A DNA stretch of 64,000 nucleotides, taken from contig CP158636.1 of NCBI GenBank assembly GCA_050273025.1, positions 6,448,001-6,512,000 on the forward strand. Reading direction: 5' to 3'. The notes beneath the pieces are model-generated. The model made no database searches. It was not told the DNA's origin and was given only the letters and a program-made list of their open reading frames with translations. The DNA comes from Cenococcum geophilum (lineage: Eukaryota). The stretch's first letter is position 1. Every line of letters begins with the position of its first letter. Position numbers and translations under genes: made by a program. Positions 51,401 through 64,000 of the stretch are shown here, piece after piece.

Positions 51401-54081
51401 TATATAGTAGATTAGCAGCAATTCTTATTACTCGTGCTCTCTTAATAATTATACCCCCTAAGCGTTTGGTGGTACCGTTCTAAGCTTAGGTATATAGCGC
51501 TAAAGGCTTAAATATAATCCCTTAAGTCCGTAGCTATTTAAGGGTTTTCCTTCTCCCTAGCTTGTTGTTTGATCTAATAGTATTAACTTTAAGGTTATAC
51601 CTTAGACGAATCCACTAGACGAAATCTTTAAGCACCTATAGTGTCTCCTTCTCCTTATTATACGTCGTTATAAAGTATAGGAAGGATCTTCCTAAGTAGG
51701 TATTGTGAATAAGCATAACTTGTATAAATCCAGTATATGCTTCCTTAAGGTTAGTCTAGTTAATATAGAGGTTAAGATAGGGTTTATTAATCTTTTGTTT
51801 TAAGAACCTTCTTAAAACCTAACGCTTAATTTTGGCGAGACTATAATATTAATATTCCGTTATCTTTAGGCCTTAAAGTTTAACTTTTAAGGCGTTAAGA
51901 CCTAAATAATAAAGGCTTATAGGTCCTGGATAACCTAGACGCGGATACTATAAACGTATATCTCCTTTTAAATCTAAACGAGTGTCTCTTAATAATGCTC
52001 TACGCTTCCATTAGCGTAGTATTTGGCTTATATTAAACGCTAATAGACTTCCTAGTTAGATATATTTAATAGTCTATTATCCGTAACGTTCTTCCATTTA
52101 ATATAGGACTAAGTTATCCTTTTAAACTAGAAGATTGTTCTCTCCTTTATTATCCTAGTAGTACCCTTATTTTTAAAGTAGACGGAACAACACTAGATTT
52201 ATATTAAAGTCCGTATAAAAGGCAACGTCCTTAAGACGTAGGATTCCCTTATTCTTGTTTAGTTTTATAACTTAAATAGTAATATTACCGTAGCCTAGTA
52301 TAGGCACTTCTAAGCTACCGGCGATAACGTATTTGAGTTTTAGAGCTTTCCTAAAGTTATAAAAACGAGAGAGGTTATTAAAGATATAGAGAGTAGTTCC
52401 TAAGTTAAGAATAGTTAATAGCTTTAGTGGATGGATTTAACCTGTGTAATACAATTCTAGGAATATTATATTAGCTTCTCCCTTAATCTTAACTTCCTAA
52501 CTCTCGTCCTATTATTATTAAGCCTTGTCTTCCTATTCTTTAAGTCTAATTTTTGTAACTTAGTTAGTAAGATTCTTATTCTTTTTTACCTTCTTTAGTG
52601 CCCTATTAATATGCGTATTTCTTATTATAACTTCTATAGGTCTCTTATCTTTAAATAAACACTAATAGTCCCGTAGGGAGTGTCCTCGTATTCCGCACGC
52701 TAAGTACTTAGGCGTTGGCTTCTTATAGGACGTCTTCTTATCCACTAGTATCCTGGCTCTCTTTAAGCGTCTATTACGTGCTAAGGCTCTTCCTCTTTGT
52801 AAACCTTTAGTAGTATTAGAGTGATCCTTAATAGCTTGCTCTGCGAAGTCTGCATTAAAGGTACTCCCTCTTATAGTAGTATTGGCTTTTTTTAAGAGTA
52901 TTTTAAGTCTTTCTTACAGCTCCTTTGCTACTCTATAGTATTTGGAAGATCTTAACTTCTATAGGTTATTTAACTTAGTAGTGTACTTTATATAGTAGGC
53001 GTCGCTAAAAGGTTAAATAACTTCTGCTAAATTTTAAAGCTAGATTCTATCAGATATTTAAGGGATTTTATACTTCTCTCCTAGTACTATTACGTGTTCC
53101 TATTAATCTAACCACTAATTTAATTTTAATAAGTATTTAAACCCCTTAAGGGCTTCTATATATTGGTGTTGTACCTTTTTCCTAATAAACAATAAGGTAG
53201 GTTCTGTGTTCTCCTTTAATTAGGATAGCCATTCTTTAACTATTAAGGAAGGGTTAAGCAGTAGCTTCTTCTAAATTGATACTATAGTTGTAATCTAGGT
53301 GCGTATCTATTGCAGATGCTCTTCCTATTTTAGGAAGTACTTTATATCCTAGTCGTAATATCGTCTGCTGTTCTTATATACTTTCTATTAATTTAACGAG
53401 AGCTATGTATATAAGGTTGCATTCTTATTGAAATCTATGACCTTTAAATAAGGTGGTTTTTTAAGTAGACCTTCTTAAGGTGCTTTTATAGCTAGGTTAA
53501 CATGGGCCTAAATTTGCTGATCTATAAGGGCTCGGAGTTGCTATAGCCATTATTCCCAGTCTTCTGGCTTATTAAGGATGATTGTATTTAATGAGGTAGT
53601 TAGTAGAGTTATTTAACTAATAGGTAAAGGAGGAATTAAGATGGTATTTTTGTTGTTAGGATCGTCCTTGTTATTAGAATCGTCCTTATTATCAGGATCG
53701 TCCTTGTCGTCAGGATCGTCCTTTGACGATTGAGGTGGAATCTCATGGAATCTCGTCCTGTAACAATTGAAGTAGGATTTCGATCAGGGTCGTCTTGTGA
53801 CGATAAGGTGTTAGAGTCTAACGATAAGGTAGAATTTCTTTAAATGATTGAGTAATAGCTAAATAGCTTCTTGTGTCGGCGGACCGGGCTTATAACTGTC
53901 AGATAACTCATATAGAGCTATTCATTGATGAAATAGGTTGATTGATTGATGATCTTGATGATGTCTTGATCGTTGCTCAACCTAGGGCCCCTGGGCTTAG
54001 ACGAAGATATTTATAATGCACGTGACCCGTACACGTGACTCGTACACGTCCTACGCCACAGAGAATACAGATTATCTGACA
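48489..54081 (-). mobile_element. Full-length Copia retrotransposon nested in Gypsy B
   Basis: 185-bp LTRs 48489-48673 and 53897-54081, TSD ATTAC. Copia-type PBS GTTAT(G)AGCCC. RT fragment QIDIVNAF...KALYGLR (ORF 50013-50198) and FFYV(DD)I. Confidence 0.95.
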
Positions 54082-57000
54082 ATTACACTATAGCGAGTAG
54101 TTCTTTGTTATGCGTATTATACTATACTTTTAGGCTAGTAAGCTTCTAACTATAATAAGTAATTAGGTACTAGTAGAGCTAATCTTCTTACCCTAAAGGC
54201 TGCAGAAATATACTGCTATAGGTATAGTCAAAAGCGTTAATAATTACTATTAGGGGTAAATTAGGGTTAAAGTAGCGAAGTAGAGGAGCCTATATAAATA
54301 TAGCGCGTAGCTTACAAAACGCCTACTATACGTCGTCGGGCCAGGACTAAGGTTAATACTATTTAGTGGGCCCTTTTAACTTACGCTTCTTCTTCTTCTC
54401 CCTATCTAATGTTGGGTTGCGATATACCTATGCAAGATATATATATAGGGGGTATGCGGTATTTAAGTAGTTCCAGATAAATCGCCTATAGAAGTTAGTA
54501 AAGCTAAGGAAGACCTGGATATCCCTATAGGACTTAGGCTTAGGCTATTCCTTAATAGCTTTTACGCGGTTAGGGTTTATTATAATACCCCTAGGGGTGA
54601 TAATAAAGCCTAGGAACTTAACGTTCTTAGTATAAAAGATATATTTTAATAGTTTGGCGTATAGGCCCTAAGTATAGAGCTGTTGTAGTACCTGCTTAAC
54701 GTGCTTAATATACTTATCCTTATTATTTAAGTAGATAAGAATATTATCTAGGTAAACTATATAGATAGTATCTACTAGGGTTTCTAGAGCTTTATAAATA
54801 TAGCTCTAGAAAGTTATAAGGGCGTTAGTAAGACTAAAGGGCATCACTAGGTACTTAAAGTAACTATAGCGTATCTTAAATGTGGTCTTCTATTTATCTC
54901 CCTTTTTAATATAAATCCTATAGTACGTATTATAAAGATTTAGCTTTATAAATATCTTCGCATAGCTAAGCCTATTAAAGAGTTCGCCGACTAGCGGTAG
55001 GGGGTACCGATTTTTAATTGTAATCTTATTTAGGCGTCTATAGTTAATATATAGCTATATTATACCGTCTGCTTTTAGTATAAAGAGGATAGGCGCTCTA
55101 ATAGGCGACTTGCTAGGCCTAATCTAGCCCTTTTTAAGAGCACTATCTAGGTACTCTTGTAAGATCTATAACTCTTTCTATAAAAGGTTATAGAGGGGCA
55201 TTTATAGTGGTGTTTTGCCTTCTTCTAAGTCAATCGCATAGTTATACTTAAAGTTCTGCGGTAGTATGCTTGCTAGCTTATTAAAGAAGATATTAATTTC
55301 CTCCTTATATATATCTGGTAGGCTAGGGGCTATGGAGGTTAAAGCAACTATTATATAGTAGTGTGCTTCCGGGAGCTAGTAAAGAGAAGGGTATAGCTAA
55401 TAAACGTTTTATAGGTGTGCTCGCACTAAGAGTGTATATAGCTCTGCTATAGTATACTTAATAGTTTTAGGGTTTTAATTACCTTCCCCTTATATATAGG
55501 TAATCTGTGCTAGCACTAAAGGGTCTTTATAGGTACTCGCTACTAGTAACGGCAGGTCCTTTACTGTGTTTATAACCAGTATTTTTATATCTAGAGGGTC
55601 TGCATGGGTACTCGCTGCTAGTAATAATAGGTCCTCTATTATGTTTATAACTAACGTAGAGAAGGTGTCTTCTAGCTATAGCGAATAGACTATTTTACTA
55701 GCCTTAATATCTACTAGGAGAGCGTTAAGGGTAACTATTTAGAGGCGTTTAGGGTCTAAAGTACTTTAGATAAACTGTCTAGAACGGAAGCTAATTAATA
55801 GATCTACTTTTGCAAGCTAATCCTATTTAAGAACTATATTATAACTATTAAATAAGCCGCCCTAAAAGGTCTGCGGGCTAATAGTGCGAGAGGTACCCTA
55901 GGAGTCGCTAGTAGTGACTATTAGATTATAAGCATCCTAAATTATTATCTAGTTGCTATTAAGAAAACGTATAATAGGTTTATATAAATATAGCGCGTAG
56001 TATATAGGTAGGTTAAACCTATAGATAATATCTTAATTAATAAGGTTAATTTGGCACCTATTATTATATAAAGTATATAGGCGGACTTCGCCCTAGGGCG
56101 TATTTATCATAATATATACTATAATGCGTTTCTTCTCTCCCTCTATATTAGGCCCTAGTTGCAGTTAAAAGAGATGGGCTACTAGGGCTTTGGGTTTTCT
56201 AAAGGCCAAGCTAACTTCTTTTTAGCCTGCTTCTAGTGTTTCTTATAGTGGCCGCCTGCTGTCCTTTAACTCGCCTACGTAGCACTAGCGTTTAGGGGGT
56301 CCCCTAAGCTATCTGGCTTTTGGGTAATCTCCATAGGAGTTTACTTAGAAAAGTGTTACCCTTTTTAAGTTCTGTTCCCTAAGCCTAAGTCTATAGAGCC
56401 TATACTGCGACCGCGCTTTATACGCGATAATTTACCGCTACTACTTACGCGATCTTCCGCAAGCTTTATGGTATTAAGCAATTACTCTATACAGCGGATT
56501 TCGTTAAAGAGGTCTTTAGCGGTTCTTACCTATTAGGCAAAGTTCTAGCGGAAGAGCTCTGCTTATAAGTAGGCTAGGAGATATAAGAACTAAAAGTCTA
56601 CTTATTATTTAGGATTGATAAAAGGGGTATAAGAGAAGAGGTTCTTTAAGCTATGTATATAGGCTAGGAAGACGTTAAACCTCTAGTTCTCCTTTATAAT
56701 AGCCGTATAGTATATTATAGCGTTATTAAAGCGTCTTACTATAGGGTTCCTAATCTGGTTTTAGACTATAGTCTTAAACTTATCCTATAGTAAAGGACCC
56801 TTATTTTTAGTACCTAACCGGTAATAAACTAGTTAGGCGATTATCTTTTTTTAATAAGACCTTTAATGGCCTAGCGCGTACGTCGCTTATAGTTATAGTT
56901 AGTATTATTAACCTTAAATTGGTTCTTAACTGTGGCAATCTACCAGTTAAAATACTGTTAAGTAGTACCGCTAATATTAGGTAGTAACTTCTTAACTAGG

Positions 57001-58514
57001 GCGTTAAGATTTAATTAGCGTATACATTCGCTACGTAGCTTATACTCTTTACTAGAGAAGTAACGGGAGGGCTTTATTAAATTAATAATACTCTGTAAGT
57101 TAGCTATTTTCTTAGCTAGCTTATCTAGCTCCTTTATATTAGCGGTATTAGGTAGGACGCTAGTAACCTTACTAAGCTCCTGTTAAGCCTAGGTATATAA
57201 GTTAAACTAGTCTTTAGCGTTCGTAGATGTCTAATCGTTTTAAGATTTAGAAAATGGCTTAGATGCTACTAGTATGCTTTTAGTGGTTTCGTCTACACTA
57301 GATCCTAAGGCGTTCTACAGTTGCATTACTAGCGTATTACCGTTAGGTATAGGCATTGGTTTTCTTTTTAGAGGTATTATAGAAAAATTAAACCGGCTAT
57401 CCTCCTAAGGGGATTAGTAAGGATTTAAATATGAGGTAAGGATATAAATAGGGAGTCTAATAATAGAACAATAGGTATATTGTATAGATAGAGACGAATC
57501 CTTAAGGGAAAAGGAGGAGTCTGTATATAAGGTAGGAAGGGTTTTCCCTAGGTATGTGCAGAGCACGTGCCTTACGGGTAAGTCACCCCTGGGTTGCCCT
57601 AGGGTCGCCCGTACCTTGCGGCTATATAACTATCTACTTAGGTTTTACCTAACATTATCTCTAAAGCTACTTAGATTAAGAATACTAAAAGAGACTATCT
57701 AGGCAAGTAAAAGGAACGAGACGCTAATAATAAAGAGCGTAGGACTAGACCTAGCTTTAATAATAGGGGCAGATTCTAACCTAATTACTCTATAAAAGAA
57801 TAACGTAAGTAGGCTTTAAAGCCTTAGAGTAATATTAGTTAGCCCTAAAATAACAATAGGTAAAAACCTAATTTAAATAATTAGAACTAAGAGTTACGCG
57901 TTTATTATAACTGCGGTAAAAAGGGCTATATAAAGTACTTCTACTAGTAAAAAAAATAAGAGTTAGATTAATTAGAAAAAGAAAAAGCTTAGTAGATCTT
58001 TACTTCCTTATACTAGGCTAGTAAGAGAAGGAGGGAATAAGTTACTGTATGGTTATTCCTGTCTTTATTTAAGTTAATAATAAATAAATAACGTAAGACT
58101 ACCTTATAGATAGCGGCGCGACTATAGGGTTCATTTCTTAATTATTAGTAAAAGAATTGGATTTGGACCTTAGCGGCTTATAAGTGCGCACTATTTAAAG
58201 TATTAGAGGCTACTAAATTCCATACTATAGGGAATAGGCTTTTTCTATAGCTAGCTAGGACCGTAATAGTCTATAGGACATATAGGAGATACGCTTCTAT
58301 GCCGCAAAAATTAAGGGGTATGACTTTATTTTAGGATACCTATAGCTTTACTAAGTTAACCCGGACATTAATTGGCCTTTAGCCTTATATTAATATTGGA
58401 AGTCCTAACCGCGCATTATAGTTAAAGATTAAAAGACTTTCTTAAACTATATATAAGAAGAAGGGTGGGCATATACTATATATGCCACTCTTAACACCAA
58501 GAACGGGGACATAG

Positions 58515-58700
58515 TGTGACGGCGCTGGGGCACTGCCCCTGTGATATCTACATGCAGCCTAGTTAGGGGCTCGCTTAGAGACTTAGCTCGTGTATATAGA
58601 CCTATCCTTTCCTCAACCTTCTTCTGCTCCTTAGCTTAGTATCTTTATAAGATAGCATTCTACAAGCTTTAGTTCAGAGGCATTTGTACGAGCCGTTATA
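58515..58700 (+). mobile_element. Solo LTR (186 bp) related to the LTR of the 34337-36035 element
   Basis: TGTGACGGC...GCCGTTATA, TSD CATAG. Shares GCCTAGTTAGGGG, TGTATATAGAC and TCCTTTCC.CAACCTTCTTCT blocks with that LTR. Confidence 0.88.
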
Positions 58701-58884
58701 CATAGGATATTTATTTTTAGATATCTAGCTATACGCAGTTAAGGAATTAGAGATTCTACAGAAATATATAGACTTAGAGGATATTTTTAGTAAAGAGGCT
58801 GCACAACCCTTACCTAACTCTATATTAGTTAAGCATAAAATAGATATAGGGGACAAACAACCTCCTTTTAGACCACTGTATATC

Positions 58885-61340
58885 TGTCGGAATATATGGA
58901 CAGAAGTTACGTGGTTACGTGTCGTTGACGTGTCGTCGTCGTGTCTTTGATTAGTTATCCTTATGGTGACTAATCAAACCCCTACTTAGGCACCGCGATC
59001 CTTACGATCCTCTGCGAAAATGATTATACAACCTATCAAGACTACAATTACGACATTACGTGATATTAGCCTTAGGTCATGTGTTCCGACATTAATTAAT
59101 GAATGCGCATAGATTAAGCACTTGACCTAGGGCATTCTGCGATTACAATTCAAGAGGACGTTCGGCAGTCTTATGGATTGAGCAAGTTGTATGACGTTCG
59201 GCAGCCAGCTACTTGCTTTGTTGTAAAGAGTAGTGAAAAGGCAGAGCGTTCGGCAGCTCTCTTTTTACTATTGCTACCTTCCTGTCGATCTTTAGAGCGT
59301 ACGGCAGCGAACTAATCGATTCTGGTGTCAGGAACACCACCAGCTAGGCTTCTACCAATCGACGGCCCTGCTGCCCTACCATACGTCAATCGACGGCCCT
59401 ACCAGGTGTTCCGACATTGATCAATGAATGCGCATAGATCAAGCACTTGACCTAGGGCATTCTGCGATTACAATTCAAGAGGACGTTCGGCAGTCTTATG
59501 GATTGAGCAAGTTGTATAACGTTCGGCAGCCAGCTACTTGCTTTGTCGTAAAGAGTAGTAAAAAGGCAGAGCGTTCGGCAGCTCTCTTTTTACTATTACT
59601 ACCTTCCTGTCGATCTTTAGAGCGTACGGCAGCGAACTAATCGATTCTAGTGTTAGGAATACCACCAGCTAGGCTTCTACCAATTGACGGCCCTGCTGCC
59701 CTACTATACGTCAATCGACGGCCCTACCAGCCTACTATACGTCAATCGACGGCCCTACCAGCCTACTATACCTTAATTGACGGCCCTGCCAGCCTACTAT
59801 ACAGTCAATCGACGGCCCTGCTAGCCTACCCTCCATTGCCAACCGACGGCCCTATTTACCTACCATTATGCCTACCTTTGTTTCTGATAAAAGAACCATT
59901 TAAATTATAAGGGACGCTACATAACTTTCCAATTCGGTATAAATTCCACGATTTCTACGAACTTAAGGCTTTATAATAGCCGATTTTGCTCTTATTACTA
60001 GAAAGACCCTATAAGAGCTAATTACGTACCTTAAAAGCTAAGGATTTCAAATTCAACCAACTAATTAACGTTACTCCCTTATAAGCGTACTCACAGAGTA
60101 AATAGAAGGTAAATGGTAAAAGGAAGTATAAGAGTAAGCTTACTAAGCTCGCTAAATATAAATTAAAGCTATAGTTAAAGCCTAAGAGTAAGCTCGCTAA
60201 GTAAAGCTCGAAGCTTAATATCTAGAAAAGGTTTGACGACAAGAATAAGCTTATTAGGCTTAAATTAAAGCTTAACGTTAAGAAGAGATTTAATAGCAAG
60301 AGTAAGCTCGTTAAGCCCTTTTCCTAGCTTAAGTTAAAGCTTAAAATTAATCTTGGTGGTAAACAATAGGGAATAGGTGAAACGTTAGGAACGTACGACG
60401 TTTAATAGAACACCACCAGCTAGGCTTCTACTAGCTGACCGACCCCTGCTGCTCTGCCTGCAGCTAATCGACCACTTACTGCTCCGCCTGCAGCTAACCA
60501 ACATCTACTGCTTCTACCTACAGCTAAACCAACACCTAACTGCCTTCCTACAGCGCCACAAAGAAAGAACTGCCAGTGTTAGAATATATTAATAAAGGTT
60601 ACGTGGTCACGTACGCCCCCAAACGCCTATAACCTACGAATGAGACAACTGCCGCGCTAGTACGCCTACGGACAGACAAGAATTCGTGCTAATACGCCTA
60701 CAAATACGACCCCGTTGCTGGCATTATACTGCCACCCGAACGACCCTATCGCTGGTACCGTACTACTACCTACACAGACAATAATCGTGCCGATATGCAT
60801 ACGATATATTAACCAACCGATAGCGCTAATACGCCTGCTATCACGACCCGACCGAATGATCGTGCTAATGCGCCTGCGATCTACCGACCGACCGATAGAC
60901 GAGCTCTACGTTTAACCACTATCACCACCCAATGCTCGCACCGTACCGCTACCTAAATCTAACAACTGTTACGCTAATACGCCTGCGACCTAAACACGAC
61001 TAGGTAGAGCTTTACTCCCTAGAATATAACCCCATCGCTGGCACCGTACTGCTAGCGTTGGAATATATGGACAAAGGTTACGTGGTTATGTGTCTTAGGA
61101 TAGCTGTTTTACGCATAAAGAAAGAACTGCTAGTGTCGGAATATATGGACAGAAGTTACGTGGTTACGTGTCGTTGACGTGTCGTCGTCGTGTCTTTGAT
61201 TAGTTATCCTTATGGTGACTAATCAACCCCCTACTTAGGCACCGCGATCCTTACGATCCTCTGCGAAAATAATCATACAACCTATTAAGACTACAATTAC
61301 GACATTACGTGATATTAGCCTTAGGTCATGTGTTCCGACA
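58885..61340 (+). mobile_element. Non-autonomous LTR element (2456 bp) with GalEa-Copia-type priming signals
   Basis: 207-bp near-identical LTRs 58885-59091 and 61134-61340, TSD ATATC. PPT AAAGAAAGAACTGC(C)AG. Palindrome ATTGATCAAT at the LTR end. No pol motifs. Confidence 0.92.
59081..59730 (+). repeat. 325-bp direct tandem duplication beginning with the last 11 bp of the LTR
   Basis: GTGTTCCGACATT.AT.AATGAATGCG starts at both 59081 and 59406. Followed by short TCGACGGCCCT repeats. Confidence 0.9.
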
Positions 61341-64000
61341 ATATCCTATTAGAAAATAAGCTAGCAGTACTACATTAATATATAATAGACAATCTTTAGA
61401 AAGGATAGATTTAGCCCTCTATAAGCCTAGTAGGGGCACCAATTATATTTATACCTAAGAAGGATAAGACCTTTTACCTTTATATTAACTATCGGGCGCT
61501 AAATAAGATTACTATAAAGAATTGCTACCCGTTACCCTTAATAGGGGGGCTTATTAATAGACTACTAGGCGTAAAAATATTTATAAAATTAGATCTAAAA
61601 GATATATACCATTAAATCTAAATTAAAGCCGGCAATAAGTAGAAAACGGCGTTCTAAATATAGTACGGCTACTTTAAGTACCTAGTAATGCTATTTAGGC
61701 TTACTAACACACCAGTAACATTTTAGGCCTATATTAATAAGGCATTATTAGGCCTATTAGATATAATATATATAGTCTACCTTAATAATATTATAGTCTA
61801 CTCTAATAACTATAAAGCATATACGCACTATGTATAAATAGTACTAGAAAGACTATGGGAATATAAGCTCTACATAAACCTAAAAAAGTGCATATTCCAT
61901 ACTACTAGTATTAATTTTTTAGGCTTTATTATTAGCGTCAACGGAGTGTTAATAAAGAAAAGTCAGGTGGACGCTATTAGGGAATAGCCCTACCCCATAA
62001 TATTTAGAGAAGTGTAGGTTTTCTTAGGCACGGCGAACTTCTACTAAATATTTATTATTTACTATTTATAAGTAATACTCCTAATTACTAATCTACTAAA
62101 AGGATCTAAGAATGGCAAGAAGTTAGGACCCTTTATATTTAGAGAAGCTGCTAAGTAGGCTATGGACCAGTTAAAGGATTTATTTATATCGGCACTTATC
62201 CTAATATACTTCTACTAGGAGCTATATATATACTTTAAAATAGATACATTTAGCTTCGCCCTAGGGGTAATTATATCTTAATTAAAAGACGGAGAATAGT
62301 ATCCTGTGGCGTTTTAGTTAAGGAAAATAACCCCTATAAAACAGCGTTACATAATGCACATCTAGGAGTTACTTGCGATAGTCGCAGTAATAAAGCACTA
62401 GTAACATTATTGTATAGAAAGAAATTACCCTATTAAAGTCCTTATAGACTATAACAACCTAGAATACTTTATAACTATAAAGGTATTAAGCGGTTAATAA
62501 GCTAGATAGGCAGAGGCACTATTATAGTATAATTTTAAAATTATATACCGCCTAGAAAAGACAAATCCCGCTAATAGGTTGCTAAGATATTTAGATTATA
62601 AAATAGGAAGGATCTAGGACAGTATAAGGGAAATAATCCCTATATTACAAAATTTGCTTAAAAAAAAAGAAGACTCTTTCCCTAGAACTATAGAATTTTA
62701 TAGCAGAGTAGAGGTCCTAGCAATACAGCTATAAAGCACTATAATTATAAAGCTATAGGATATAGTTATAGACTAGGTTATAGGCTAGGCAGATATTATA
62801 AAATTAGTGTACTTTAGAATTAGCGAGAATTCTATAGGATGTACTAGGGGTATTATAGCACCTTTAACTTAACGGCGTATTAGCTGCGAGTGTCCGGATC
62901 TAAGGGGGATAGGTAAGATACCTATTTATAGCGTGGCATACTATATAACGGTAGGAGAATCTACTAGCACTAATAGTTTAAAACATCTTATACTACGCCT
63001 TATATCTATAATAGCGGTAGGTAAAATAGAAGCAAGTAATCTATACAAAACCTTTTTAGATCTTCTTCTTTAAGTATAATAAAGGGATAGCTTTATTTTT
63101 AGGGAGAGGTAGAAAGATATAGTGGAGACTAACTTAGCCAGAGTTACTAAGAAGCTATAATAGTAAGACTAAAAGGGTCTATTACGCTTTAAGGGCGCTA
63201 TATATATCCTAAAGGACTAAGCAGTTTAAGATAAAATTCTAAAGGTTTTCTATAATAACCCTTTTAGGGGTTACTATAGTGCTAATAGAACCCTTAAGGC
63301 CGTTTAAAGGAAATACTTTTAGGATAGAATATCCGAAGAGGTTAAGGACTATATATTAAGATATAATACGTGCTAAAGGGTATAGATATTTAGATATCGC
63401 CTATACAGCGAGTTATTAGTACTTCCTATTTTGTAGGGACCTATATTAGAATTAATAATAGATTTTATAATAGGCTTACCCCCTACTAAAATAAAAACGG
63501 AAAAGGTTACTAATACTATCCTAGTAATTGTTAATAGATATATAAAGTTCTTAGGGTACTTTACTGTTATAATAATAATTACGGCAGTAGAACTAATAGA
63601 CCTATTTTTAAAATAGTGGCTCTTATTTAGTATACTAAGGGGAATTATATCTAATAGAGGTACCGTATTTAACAGCGTATTCTAGTCTTTATTTTATCTC
63701 TTATTAAAAATACGGCAAAGGATAAGTACTGCCTTTTACCCGTAAATAGATAGGCTAATAGAGCGTCTAAATGCGTTATTAGAACACTACCTCCGCTACT
63801 ATATTAATTATTAATAATAAATTCAATTTACCGCCCGTCCCGGTCCCCCTAGTAGGTCCACGCAGGCTAATACCTTCTATAGGAAAAACTCTAACTTAGA
63901 GAAAACCCCACCTCGGGCCGCGCTGGAGAGATAGCAGCGTTCCGATATCAGAGCGCCGGCGGCTCGCCTTCTACCTGCCTTCAAGTCTGCATATTAAGCC

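Larger units (their letters stand above)
45120..57654 (-). mobile_element. Full-length Gypsy/chromovirus family B with nested Copia and solo LTR
   Basis: LTRs 45120-45472 (225 bp plus insert) and 57430-57654, TSD TTATC, PPT ~45475-45490. VYLD(D)I ~54750, chromodomain ~46415-46565. Confidence 0.95.
36378..63820 (+). mobile_element. Gypsy family E: probable long 5' LTR (~36378-37225), leader, gag (~44300-45119 and 57660-), protease, RT, RNase H, integrase; hosts many insertions; 3' end not seen
   Basis: TGTTATA start inside Gypsy C. The sequence is continuous across TSDs CAGAA, TTATC, CATAG and ATATC. DSGAT at ~58110, VYL(DD)I at ~61775, integrase motifs at 63240-63800. Linking the LTR to the gag is inferred. 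Confidence 0.75.

Noticed and set aside
60650..61055. CRISPR-like repeat-spacer array
   Set aside because: The repeats are short, degenerate and irregularly spaced, in a eukaryotic LTR element with no cas genes.
19790..64000. Alternative genetic code or foreign AT-rich DNA explaining the many TAA/TAG
   Set aside because: Paired copies differ by C>T/G>A at CpA/TpG, which is RIP; the island genes use the standard code.

Overview
Eukaryotic, filamentous-ascomycete-type DNA (short GT-AG introns with CTAAC/CTGAC branch sites; the repeats are saturated with CpA->TpA / TpG->TpA changes typical of RIP). A ~13-kb GC-balanced gene island (~6660-19790) holds an LrgB-like pseudogene, GLO3 ArfGAP, cystathionine beta-lyase, a DUF2415-type propeller protein, mitochondrial Hsp70 and two orphan ORFs. 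It sits between AT-rich blocks (1-6657 and ~19790-64000) made of nested, RIP-killed transposons: four Gypsy families (here called A, B, C, E), three Copia elements, two non-autonomous LTR elements, solo LTRs, pogo/Fot1 and Tc1-like DNA transposons and two MITEs. Most boundaries are fixed by LTR/TIR termini and target-site duplications (TSDs). Best novelty candidates: (1) a four-exon antisense Cys6 zinc-cluster-like gene with an acidic tail inside the 3' region of a Gypsy chromovirus; (2) a pair of palindromic modules shared by the 3' UTRs of an unrelated Copia and Gypsy; (3) a DD34E Tc1-like element that appears to make a 5-bp rather than TA TSD; (4) colinear internal cargo shared by a Gypsy-type and a Copia-type non-autonomous element. 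Everything was read by eye; family names come from motif recognition, not database searches. Residues in parentheses are restored by reversing presumed RIP changes.
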